A stretch of 62,627 bases of DNA, the filler included, from Basidiobolus ranarum (lineage: Eukaryota): the NCBI GenBank assembly GCA_040143965.1. It is 15 parts of 15 records of this genome, joined end to end, with 100 filler letters (N's around TTAATTAATTAA, not from the genome) between each part and the next. Parts side by side here need not be neighbours in the genome. Positions count along the whole stretch, not along the records: positions 12,581 to 16,669 come from JASJQH010008997.1; positions 16,770 to 20,856 come from JASJQH010008998.1; positions 20,957 to 25,039 come from JASJQH010008999.1; 12 more parts are not named here. One strand, 5' to 3'. Shown here piece after piece: positions 12,581 to 25,039 of the stretch; within the stretch, counting starts at the first letter, position 1; each line of letters opens with the position of its first letter. Made by a program: the position numbers and the translations under genes. Below the pieces are notes generated by a model. The model saw only the letters and a program-made list of their open reading frames with translations, did no database searches and was not told the origin of the DNA.

Positions 12581-13105
12581 TATTGGCTGAATTCTTTATG
12601 GAAATTTGCCAAAATCCAAGAGCTTATTCTCATTGGGAATGGTAACAAGAGTCAGCTATTTGCCAAGTGTCAGTGCTATTCAAAATTTCAGTTGTTTAGC
12701 AATTTTTCTGCCATTAGTTTGCTGGTAAAGCATATTGATGTTGTTGGGTTATGTCTAATTAGTCAAGTATGTGCATATGTAGAGACTAAACATAACAAGA
12801 TTCTTGTATATTTTGATCCTCATTATGGCTGGAACACAAAGCCTAAGGTATCTAAGCAAACCTAGTAATTTACCATTTGAAAATTAGATTTTTACAAAAA
12901 TTTCAAAAATTTAAATAATGCATGGCAAATATTAGGATCAATATTTGACATGTATGAACACCATCAAAATACTGTCAAGAAGCTATTGTTTCACCATTAA
13001 AATACCTTGCAGAATACAAGCTACCAATATTAAGGTGATTCTCTAATGGTTTTGCAATCCAAAAGGATGGATCTGATGTGGATCAAATTGATTTTATTTT
13101 CTTAA
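12581..13105 (+). mobile_element. CACTA/EnSpm-type transposon remnant (downstream part)
   Basis: Homologous to 54660-55215(+) and 60870-61290(-). The latter is contiguous with a Tnp2-type transposase. Confidence 0.6.
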
Positions 13106-15064
13106 GGTTAGTGACATACAAGTGTTATTTTCTGATGTTTTAGCTTGTTGAGAGATACCAGGTATTGGCTAAACTTCCAAACTTTGCAATCTTCCAACAG
13201 GTGTATATGGTTGCTTGGCAACATAAACCCTTTTTGACTGTAGATCCTTGTAATAGTGTGAAGAACTTGGTAAGTGGGACAGTAGAGCCTAAATTCAATG
13301 GCATCTCTGCTTTTCCTTGTTGCTGTAGATCAAGTGCAGCAAGCTGAATGTCTTATATCAGTATTAAGTGACCCTCTTACTGATGACTATATGGTCAGAA
13401 TGCTGCATTAATTGCAACATTGTTGCATAATTGCTTGTCATAGCCTGTAAAGCAACTTTGTAGCTATTACTATGATTGCATACCAGGAATTATGGTGATT
13501 CTGTTAAACTTTGCTCAACTTTTAATTTACTATGGATTTGGGATATTGCAATATCTTTACTTGCATCATTGCTTGGATGAAGCATGTTAAGTCAGATGAT
13601 TATTACTTCATTGCTAATTGAGTTAGTATGTGGCATGCTAATGTCCTGAAACAATGAGAGTGTATTGCTAGACTTCTCAGCAATCAAGTCTTGTGCTCTT
13701 GCTGCTTTTTTTCCTCTCCTGCCAGCAGGCATTTGCTTGGTGGCCAACTTTAATTTAGATTTTGAATGCTTTGAAATTAGATTGACAGATTCAGATTGTG
13801 AGCTTGGTGAAATGAAATTGCTTAGAACCAACTTATAATGTACCAAAAGTGCAATCCATTATTGAAATCATTGTCACAAATTCTTGTGCTATGAAACCTG
13901 GAGGCTTCATAGAAGAAATAATCACAAGCATGGTCACTGTACAAAGCCACCAGCTGCACAAAGCCTGGTCAATATCAACAGTAATAAGTGCACCAACTTG
14001 ATTTAGTTTTAACCACTGAGTTCACTGACTGTACTTTGCCTCAAAGTTTTGGTCACACTGCTGAAAGTCAAGATGTCATGGGGTTATCACATTTATATGA
14101 CCAGAATGATGTGGATAGAAATGCAACTTTGGGTTGTATCCCTATCAGAAATTTGAGGATTGCTGTTATGGGAGAACCATCACAATTTTAATCCTTAATG
14201 GATTGACTGTTTACTTACCTTCATAAAACTACAAGTGAGATTTGATTTTAATAAATTTTCAGTTTCAGGAGTGAAAATTTTAAGTTCTTGCAAAGTAGTT
14301 GTACATGATTGGTTGTAATCTCAGAGAACTATGGATTTACACAGATGCAAAAAACATAACTGAAAATTTACCCATTTACCACTTGAATACTAATTTGTCA
14401 CCTTCAGAATCCCTAGTTTCTTTGATAGATTCTCCTAAATATTTTTATAGAGTTTTTCATACCCAAGGTTAAGCTTCTATCCAACATAAATTTGTATCAA
14501 TATCTCCATCAAAGCTCACCATTGCATTAACATTGCTGAATCAACATTCTTCCAGCTTTCTGGCAGATAACCTGCAATATTGTGCCACTCTGTAATACAT
14601 TTTACCTGGATATCAGCATGGTGAACATGACACTAAATGTCAAGTAGAATTTTTATTGTTGGAAGCCACTTTCTGCATACTTGCATTGTGTTTTCCCCTT
14701 GATACTCTTGAAAACACACCTCAAGCACAATTACTATTCTTATACATCCTTGTAGTATGATGCTACTGAGGGTGTTTTACAGTATTTGTGCAGCTTTTTG
14801 CTTATCTTTAAGTTAGGGGCTAATTTTTACAATTTGAAAAGTACCAGTTGAGGTTGGAGAGCCATGAGGTACATTTGCTGCTGTATTGGCTTGTTGTGAG
14901 ATGCCAGGTGTTGGATAAACTTCCGAATTTAGCACTCTTCCAACTGGTGTACCTGGTTCCTTGGTGAAATAAAGCTTTTTTGCTAGTATATCTGACTCTG
15001 GAAATGCAGATCTTTGTAAAAGTGCAAAGATATACTTGGGTATTTTTTCACAATTCATAAAATG

Positions 15065-16669
15065 AGTCCTTAGTTACATTCAAGCACTACAAACCAATGT
15101 TAGAGAAAGAATCTGCACAGAAAGTAAGGGTACTAAGGAGCAGAATAGTTATTTAAAGATTTTGCCAGTTTTTGTTGTGAACATGGAATTAAGCAACAAA
15201 GTATTGTACTGTATGCTCCACAGTATAATTAAGTTGCAGAGCATGCTAATAGGACCACTGTGGAGATGGCAAAATTAATGTTGCAGTATCAAAAGTTAGA
15301 ATACCAATATTTGGCTAAATCTGTCTCCACTGCTGTCCACATCAAAAACAAGTGCCCAACAAGATTGCAACAAAACTCTACACCATTGGAATCCCTTTAT
15401 GGAACCAAACCAAGTGTGGATCATCTCAGGATCTTTGGTTGCACAGCATATTGTCTAATTCCCGCCCAAAAGTACTCTAAGTTGGAACACAAAAGCAAAA
15501 AATGCATATTTCTTGGTTATTGTGATGGATTCAAGGCCTACAGACTGTTTGATACCAAACATCTGAAGTTATTCAAAGCCAAAGATGTGATGTTGATGAA
15601 AAGCAAATTTTTCACCTAAAATCACAGTTTGAGTTGCAGAGAACACAATCAGCACTGTCCAAGAAGGGTATGACAGAATTCCAGCCATATATGAGCCCAA
15701 TTTACCCAAAACTTCAGCCCCAATTACATCAGTGTATGATTCAAGACCTAGAAAATCATGTATAAGGAGGAATAAGCAAGGGAACTCATGGAACACTTCC
15801 AATAATGATATCTATGCTTTTGCAGCATTATGTGACAAGCCACATACTCTGGATCAAGCTCTGAAGTGTCCAGAATCAAAATTATGGGAAAAAGCTATTT
15901 CAGATGAGATTTCTTCACTTGAGGACAATAAAACATGGGCTTATAGTCCCCTATATTCAGGATGAAAGCTGGTAGGTTGCAAATGGGTCTGCAAAGGCAA
16001 AAAACAAGCTGATGGAACCAGAGAAAGGAACTAAGAAAGATTAGTTGCAAAAGACTAATCTCAGACTCCAGGAGTTGATTTAAATGAAACTTTTGCTCCA
16101 GTAGCTGAGTTTAGTTCCTTTAGATCAATCCTGGCACCCTAAGCCATCCATAACCTTGATTTACATTAAATGGTTGCCAAAACAGCCTCTCTGAATGGAT
16201 ATGCAGAAAAAGAGATCTAGATGGAGCAACAAGATGAATGTGTTGATCCAAAACACCCTCATATAGTCTTCAACCTGTAAAACTGCTATATGGACTCACA
16301 CAAGCACATAGGGTATGGTATGATCAGATAAATACCTATTTACAATCACTTTAATTCAAAAAATGCACAGCAGATCATAGTATCTACATCAAAATAACCA
16401 GAAATGGGATCCTTATCTTGGCACTTTATGAGGATGACTTGCTTATAGTAGCAATTTCCAGACTTAGGTTATAGGCAAAAATGGGCTATTACTCTATTTG
16501 AAGATAACCTAAGTTGTATTTCATTAGCTAGAAATCTACATTCCATGCTAGAAAAAAACATATAGATGTTAGGCATCATTTTGTGAGAGAAGCAATAGAG
16601 AATGATACAATTGAACTCATATACTGCCCTACTGAATAAATGATTGCTGATATCTGAACTGAACATTTA
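15065..16669 (+). mobile_element. Degenerate Ty1/Copia pol (integrase, RT, RNase H pieces)
   Basis: HLRIFGCTAY, KCIFLGYC..FKAYRLFD, VGCKWV and ETFAPVA motifs with many stops and deletions. Confidence 0.9.
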
Positions 16670-17730
16670 NNNNNNNNNNNNNNNNNNNNNNNNNNNNNNN
16701 NNNNNNNNNNNNNTTAATTAATTAANNNNNNNNNNNNNNNNNNNNNNNNNNNNNNNNNNNNNNNNNNNNATGAAACAGCTATCTATCGATTTTAAAGGAG
16801 GCGTATTCTGTTAAGCATCGCTAAACCCAGTAGTTGTACCTCACTTGGCAATTCTTGATAGGTTAGCGGACTTCATGGGTCGGTAATCGCCCTTTATTAA
16901 ATAACTTAAACATAGCCAGGAATAAGCCTGAGCTAAGCATCGTTTTCAGCATCACGCTGTTCATTCAATATGAGCTAAACTCCAGACCCCTTGTTATCCT
17001 TCGGGTTTGGTAAATTTCAGAATCTTCCACTGCCTTTCCTGCATGACTATCCATGATGTTTAATCAGTGAATATCACGTCATCCCCATTTTACTCACTGC
17101 TTTTGTGGGTTATTCGTTGTTGAGTTGACAACTACTAATTTAACACGTCGCGCCACCAGTGATTCTTCCCTAATTTGGAAGTGGCATGTATAGTAGTGCT
17201 CATTGATAATCAATTGATTGACAGTATATTGTTTATGGTTGTCGCAGGAAATCCTTGCACAACTCCGTGGAGGATGTTGCTGCTACGTGTCAATCGAAGG
17301 CCCACTTTCATCCGACCCATCAGCTCTTTACACCTTTGCCTTGTTACGTTGACGGAGACTCACAATGTCAATATACAACCACGTATTTTGTGCTTCCGTG
17401 TAACTTTCTCAATCAAGTGATACCCGATCAAACAAATGTTTCACGCCGTTACATCTTACTTTCTCTCATTTTGAACTCGGGTTAGCTTGAGTCCGGTTTG
17501 GATTTTAAGATTCGATTTCACGTGATGGTTCAACGAATGCAATTTCGACTGGGATTTCCTATTATGGCTTCACCATCCGTCAAAAACCGTCTTGGAAAAT
17601 CCATATCAACCTGGGTCATCCCAATTTCGCTCGCTCGTTCGTTCGTTCTTTATTTCATTAGGTGGACACCTTCTGTTTCTTGATATACATAATTGCTTCA
17701 ACAGCATTTTGTTCCGACTTTTATCAGGTT

Positions 17731-20700
17731 ATGAGTTTGAGACAACGAAATCCAGCTGCACCAGATTCAGAGAGCCTCCCTGCTCGTGCTACAAATGGCA
17801 AGGTCAAAAATGACCAAGCGGAGCCGGAGGTCACATTTGGCAAAACATCTTCGGGAAAAAGTATGTAAAACTTTAGTACTTCAACAGTACTTCTTTCGTG
17901 GACCGAAACTTAGCACGTTTTACTCACGTTAGTAGCCCTTACCATACCTTCTCATTCAACTCACAATATTCCTCCCTCTTTACGAATATAGTATTCAAAG
18001 TCCCAGCAACGTCGGACATGCTAACTACTTTGTTTGACCCTAACGTTGAAAAGTCAGCGTTTGATTACTTAACCTTGGGAGTATTATGCTTCCAAGCGTT
18101 ACTGTTTTTTATACTTCCCAGTGGCTTTCGGAAATATTTTTTCCTGGTAGTTTTCTTACTCTGGCGTACTGCTTACAACCTTGGACTAGGTCTGTTATTG
18201 AAGTATCAAAGTGATAAGCGAGGCTTAGTATCTCTAGCTCGCAAGAAGGGAATATTTGACAAGAAAAAAGGTGGAAAATACTACGCATGGATCAAAAAAG
18301 ACTTGACAGCTAAAATGGGCAAAGACTATGATTTTGAGGTATTTTGATTTCTGTTACTCATCACATAGTATTAGCATTCACTAATTTTGTCGGTCTGTTT
18401 GTTTATATTTTAAGTCTGCCCCTATAGAGTTCAATACTTGGCTTCTTTTCCGTCAAGTGGTAGACCTCATTCTTGTTAACGACTTCACATCATATATATG
18501 CTTTGCCCTCTCTTTTGTGCAAACCCCGGAAAGTTATGGCTTCATATTCAATTCATTAAGATGGATTGGTGGAGTATTTTTGGTCATTTTCAACCTTTGG
18601 GTAAAGATGGATGCTCACCGAGTTGTGAAAGATTTTGCTTGGTGTATGTATAGACAATTTGCTTATAGCTTTTGGCATGGTTTGACTAAGTATATATTCA
18701 TTATTTCTATAGACTGGGGAGACTTCTTCTTCCTTATTGAACAATCACTAACTTTCGATGGTGTATTTGAAATGGCCCCTCATCCAATGTACTCCGTTGG
18801 CTATATCGGGTTTTACGGTGCTTCTTTGATGACTGCTAGCTATACTGTTTTATACATCAGTTTGTTAGCACACGCTGCACAATTTGCTTTCCTCTATTTC
18901 GTAGAAAATCCTCGTAAGTCTTGATTTTGCTGGTTTGTTTGAGATATAGAACTGGCATTTACATTTATATCTTTCATATTTAGATATTGACAAAATTTAC
19001 GGTACCCCACGTCTACCAAAGCGCTATAATCGAGTATCGAGCGAGTTAAAGACTAATGAGTCTAGTAACAATGATCTTAGTGAGTCAGCCGGTATTAACT
19101 TGGATCAATATGCCGCTAGAGATATCCATAATTCTTACTTCCGACGTGATCTGATTGTTTTCAAAAATTTCGATCTCTTCCGCTCTACTGACCTGTTCAT
19201 AGTGTTAATTATCCTATATGGTGGAGTTTTTGTACCGCTGTTGGCTAATGGCGGTGAACATATTTTCACTTGGTTTTTAGTAGGCCAATGCCTTGCCTGG
19301 CGTCTGATACACAGCTATGTGTTAGGCGCGGTTCTTTATTTTCAAAGTAATTCTAAATTCTGGACTAAGCATTTCATTAAATATGGCGGAACTAACAAAG
19401 ATGCTTTTGAAAGTTGGAAAAGGTATATTTTATTATGAATGTTGCGCAATGCATTTTGATTTTTAACTCTCTTTTCATAGCATATATAACCTTTCCCTAA
19501 GTATGACCTATGTGTCTTTCCTTGCTGTCGCTATCAAGATGTATAATTTACCTGCTGATTGGACGTATGGAGCCGTGTTGCTTCGGCATACATTTGGTTT
19601 ACTTTTGGTAGCTCTCCATATCTGGACATCCGTCTCGGTATTTGAAGTATTAGGTGACTTTGGCTGGTTCTATGGTGACTTCTTCATTGATGAATACCCG
19701 GCAACTCTTTGTTACACCGGTATATACAGATTTTTGAATAACCCAGAGAAATTAATTGGTCATGCTGCCTTCTGGGGAATCACACTTATGAGTAATAGTA
19801 TGGTTATATATGGGTTAGCTCTTTGCTCGCAAGTTTCCAACTTCCTATTCCTCCATTATGTCGAAGGACCCCATATGCGTAAACTCTACGGGAACACAAT
19901 CCGCAAAGAAGCTGGCCTTACAAGATCAGTTAAAACTGCTAAATTTATTCCCAGGCCGATTAGGGAAAAGCTAGAGGAAAATCCGGAGATTCAGATGATC
20001 GTAATGAACACTAGAGCTGCAGAGAAGATCGTTGAGAGGGTTACCGAATCTTTCGAAAAAGTAGCAGAAAAGGTAGTGGAAGAAACAGCAGGAATTGTTG
20101 ATAAGGCTAAGCCTAAGCTTCAAGAAATAATATCCGAGACTAGAAGCCTAATAACTCAATCGCAGGCCAAAATTGCTGAAGTCAGACTAACATCCGAGCA
20201 AGCTCTTCAGCGCAAGGATTCCCTGCAATATTCTCTTGAAATTCAATCTTCGTCCATATCCAAAGAACTTAATTTTTCTCTCGGAGAGCCTATCAAGCTT
20301 ACTTGGACTGCACCTGTTGATCATAGTAAAGAAGATTGGATCGGCATTTATAAAGTTGGTGCGAATGCTTCAGACAATATTACATCCGTATCATCCAAGG
20401 GACGTTATTTATACGTTTCCAAAAACGAGGATGAAGAGGAGAGTATGGTAGAAGAAGATATCACACCTGTCGGTTCTGGGGATACAGTTGCTTCTGGAGA
20501 GATAATCTTTACCGTTGATAAATTGCCATGGGAAATTGGAACCTATGAGTTTAGATATCATCACGATGGTAAACACTCCGTGTTAGCTATCACAAAGCCA
20601 TTCAAGATTATTGTAGATGTCTTGAATCAAAATCCTACTCAGCAAGAGATTCAGAGTACGCTTTTCCCAACTATTCAGCGTTGTTTGGCCCTCGATCAAA

Positions 20701-20856
20701 TCCATTTCCCCGAACGCCCAGAAGATGATTTTGACGGATTAAAGGAGAATGATGCAAAAAAAATTGTATATGCAATCAAGCTTATGTACGAAGTAGAGTT
20801 CACTTGGCAGGTGATCGAGATGGACGCCAATGTAAATAATCTTGCAAATAGAATAT
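17731..20856 (+). CDS. CHO2: Phosphatidylethanolamine N-methyltransferase, 6 exons, 3' truncated
   Basis: Exons 17731-17860, 17992-18338, 18415-18643, 18713-18913, 18984-19422 and 19481-20856 join in frame via GT-AG introns. Motifs [39 protein letters not shown] and [18 protein letters not shown]. Confidence 0.95.
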
Positions 20857-20956
20857 NNNNNNNNNNNNNNNNNNNNNNNNNNNNNNNNNNNNNNNNNNNN
20901 TTAATTAATTAANNNNNNNNNNNNNNNNNNNNNNNNNNNNNNNNNNNNNNNNNNNN

Positions 20957-22474
20957 TTAGAAATAGCCCCGATTACTATATTAATGAGTCTCAAAATTGG
21001 GCCTATGCCTGCACAGCTCAAATACATGAGCCCCAGACTGTAAACAGGCCCTGAATGGCCCTCACACCAAATTTTGAAGATCTGCAATAGCTGATGAGTA
21101 AAAAACAACCAACACCAGGAATAGACTATACACAAACTACATAAACTTTTGCTCCTGCAGCAAAGTTTAATTCAATTAGATTGATTTTGGCAATTTTAGC
21201 TAAATATCAATTTATTATATATCAAATGGATGTTAAAACTGCTTTTTTGAACTGTGAGCCTGCTGAAGAGATCTATATAGACCAGCCAGACAGATCTGTG
21301 GACCCAGAAAACCCTAAAAAAGTTTGCAGACATTGGAAAACACTTGATTGCTTAAAACAATCTCCAAGAGCTTGGAATAGCCAGATAGATGCTTTTTTGG
21401 AAACACTCAAATTCCAAAAGAGTAATGCTGACTATAGTATCTACTTAAGGCCAGATAAGACAAACCCAGTTTTATCAGCCTGATATGTAGTTGACCTTAT
21501 TATAGCAACCAATAACTTGAAGGCTTTGGAGAAAACCAAATTCAGCTTATCTGCCAAATTCAAAATGACTGATCTTGGTGAACTGATGTACTATCTTGGA
21601 ATCCAAATTAAGATAGATAGAACTACCAAAAAATAACTTTAAACCACTCCAAGTATATCCTAGATATACTAAAGAAGTTTAAAATGGAAGAGTGTAATCC
21701 AATATCTACCCCAATGGAGACCAATCTTAACATGATCAAAAATGGCTCAAACCAGACATTTTTGGATTCAAAAGAAGGCCAAAAATTTCCTTATCAATCT
21801 GTGGTTGGTAGTTTGATGTATATCATGGCTGCAACATGGTCAGATACTGCATATTCTTTGGGAGTTATGTGCCAATATCTTTAAAATTATGGATCTGATC
21901 AAATCACAGCAGTTAATCAGATTTTCAGATACTTGAAAGGTACTGTGGATCTGTGCTTAAAATACACATATTCTGGATCAAACTTGGATCTGATGGGATA
22001 TTCAGATGCAAATTGGGCAAGAGATATTGAAGACAGGAGATCTACCATAGGATACTTATTTCTTTGCTGTAATGGAGCTATTTCTTTGAATCCAAAGAAA
22101 CAACCTACTGTAGCACTTTCAATAATGGAAGCAGAATACAAGGCTGTCTGTGAAGCAACAAAAGAAGCAATATGGCTAAGAAAACTCTCAACAGATTTGT
22201 GTTATTCTCAATATTGACCAACTACATTATTTTAAGATAATGAAAGTTGTATCAAATTAGCTAAAAATCCCACATTTCATAATAGAAGCAAGCATAAAGA
22301 TATTAAGCATCACTTCATTAGAGAGACTATAGAGAATAAGTTTATTGACTTAACTTATTGCTCTACAGAAGACATGATTGCTGATATATTAACCAAACTA
22401 TTAGCTAGACAGAAATTTGAGAAACTTAGACCTTTATTAGGATCAGTTTATATAACTGTTTAGTTGAGGGACAG
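20957..22474 (+). mobile_element. Degenerate Copia family A RT-RNase H
   Basis: QMDVKTAFLN, LKQSPRAWN, GYSDANWARD and EAEYKA motifs; stops and frameshifts; PPT before the LTR. Confidence 0.92.
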
Positions 22475-22822
22475 TGTTGAATTTTTCATTGCCTAAGCAT
22501 CTATATAGTCAAATATAGCTTAGTACTTAGTTAACTTATATTTCACTAAGATATTATCCATTTTTCTCAATCAGAATTTTCTTAGAATACTTTTACCAAC
22601 ATAGAAGTTCTCAGATATATAGATTTTGCATATTTGTGCTAGAAGCCTCAAACTTTGCACACACATTCCTGGGACTTTCCTAAACATATTCTTCATTTTT
22701 GTTGGTCTACATCTTAACAAAGCTATAAATGTCAACTTTCTACACAACAAATCAATAAGTGAAAACATCCAATTCCTCTTATTCCCTAAACCACTTCTAA
22801 CAGGCTCCCAAATACTTGAACA
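22475..22822 (+). mobile_element. Copia family A 3' LTR (348 bp)
   Basis: TGTTG...AACA after a purine tract; matches other LTR A copies. Confidence 0.88.
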
Positions 22823-23075
22823 TTCAGGACTGTAACTATGATATCTTAATCAGTGGTAGGTACTCCATTGCATTCCATTTCATCCACTAAAATAGCAACT
22901 CTATTCATTAGTGATTGAATATCTTCTCCTGGCTTGATCTTTAAGTTACAGAATTGTCATCTAAAAAACATTTTGTTGGCAGCAGAACTTGATTGGTAGA
23001 TATCTTCCAAGGCTTTCAATACCATCTTAGCAGTTTTAGCTCCTTAACAAGGAATTAGCAATTTATCTTTAACAT
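22823..23075 (-). mobile_element. Copia gag (UBN2-like) fragment
   Basis: Manual translation AKTAKMVLKALEDIYQSSSAANKMFFR*QFCNLKIKPGEDIQSLMNRV...D*DIIVTVL. Confidence 0.7.
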
Positions 23076-23215
23076 TAAGGTTATTGAGCTTTTCTATTGA
23101 ACTACTGCAGAAATGATTGCTGACATTTTGACCAAAATGTTAGCTAAAGCACATTTGTGCTAATAAGATATAAGTTAGGCTTGAGAGAAATACAAAATAA
23201 CTAGTTGGGTGAGAA

Positions 23216-23666
23216 TGTTGAATTAGATAAATAGCAACACATAATTGAGCATTTAGTTTATTCATATTCTTGTTATTTAGCATAAATTCTGCCATTCAAA
23301 AACTTGTGATTTGTTTAAATAGCAACTCATTATTTATTGGTTAGTTTGTTCATATTCTGATTATTTAGCACTCAGTTTTGCATTCAAAAACATGTGTTTA
23401 TTGCACTAATTGATAGAAATATCAATTAGATCACTTTAACTAATTTTCACTTTTTTGTAAAAAACTCTCCCAGTCCCCTCAAATTTTCACCCATGCTTGA
23501 CAGGCATGTTTGCTATGACCTAAGCACATCCAATAGTCCTACTTCATAGTAAACCATAAATAGGACATATTCAATTCAATAAAATTTGAGTGTCTAATTC
23601 ACAAATTCAAATCTTGTTCAAAATACTTTCAAGCCCACAAACACTTTTATCAGGCTATGAGCCCAA
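23216..23666 (+). mobile_element. Copia family B LTR (23216-23652) plus primer-binding site
   Basis: TGTTG...TATCA followed by GGCTATGAGCCCA, a copia-type PBS matching internal tRNAiMet. Related LTRs at 36045-36396(-), ~37325-37545 and 56361-56708. Confidence 0.8.
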
Positions 23667-23682
23667 GCTGGCTGTTAGAGGA

Positions 23683-25039
23683 ATGTCTACCAGTGCTATT
23701 GCAAGCATTTTTGCATCCATGGAGAAGTTTGATGGTGATGACTTTCATCATTGGAAGTTCAAGATGCAGATGGTGCTAGAAGATAAGTACCTTTGGGGAT
23801 TTGTTACAGGAGAAGAAATAGAGCCACAGGGATCACCAGAAGCTCTCCTTGCTTTTCACAGGAAAAATAGGAAAGCACTCTCTACACTCTGTCTACATCT
23901 CAGAAACTGATGATTGAGGCACATACAGTCATCCAAAAACATCCAAAATGCTTGGAAAACACTTGAGGGACTATATAAGACTAAAAGTTGGGCTAATAGG
24001 CAATATCTCAGGTTAGATGAATTCTGATGATTAAATGCATAATCACATAAATTTGGTAACAACTATGGCAGATCAACTCTCATCCATTGGAGCACCTCTA
24101 AATGAAGATGACCTAGCCATGACACTACTTGGGAGCCTGCCGGACAAGTTTGGGAACCTCATAATTGGCCTAGTATCAAGATCAGACTCATTAACAATGG
24201 AATATGTTGATACTAGGCTTTTGAATGAGGAATTGAGGAGATCCAATCCTCAGCAGAATAATGCAGAACAGGCATTTTTTGCAGCTGTAAAACATCCAAC
24301 AGGCTTCAATAAAGGTGACCCTAATAGGAATTCAACCATCTGCCAGTATTGCAAGAAACCAGGCCATTTAATCAAAGATTGTGGAAAAAGAATTTTTGCC
24401 AAAAAGCTAAAATTGGAACAAGCAAATCAAGTAAGCACTGATAAGGATTATCTATTTGTGTCTTACCTATCAGTAACCACTAAAAAAGACTCAGAAATGT
24501 GGTACATTGATTTAGGAGCTTCCCAGCATATGTCAAACAAAAAAGATTGGTTTTCCAGCTTAAGACCCATCCAAACAAGGAAAGTCTACTTAGGTGATGA
24601 CTATGCACTAGCTGCAGTTGGTAAGAGCACAGTTGTGTTCAATTTACACCAAAATCCAGCTACACTATCTGCAAAATTGGATGATGTACTCTATGTACCA
24701 AATATAGTCAAGAATCTACTCTCAGTAAGCCAAGTAACAACTACAGGACTAAATTTTGTCTTCAACAAGGCTGGATGCACTATCACATATTGGAATAATA
24801 GTGGGAAAAGGTACTTTAGGACCTTTATTGAGAAACAAAACAAGATATACTTTGGTGTTCTTTCTCAAATCAAATTTAAAGTCTTAGCTACATTCCAGCA
24901 CTACAAAGCAATGGTAGAGAAAGAATCAGCACAGAAAATAAGGATACTAAGGAGTGATAATGGTGGAGAATACTGCTCTAAAGACTTTACTAGTTTTTGT
25001 TCTAAACATGGAATTAAGCAACAAACTACTGTACTTTAT
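23683..25039 (+). mobile_element. Copia family B gag-protease-integrase (degenerate, internal deletion)
   Basis: EKFDGDDFHHWKFKMQMVL, CQYCKKPGHLIKDC zinc knuckle, WYIDLGASQHMS protease, VLYVPNIVKNLLS and LRSDNGGEY. Confidence 0.92.
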
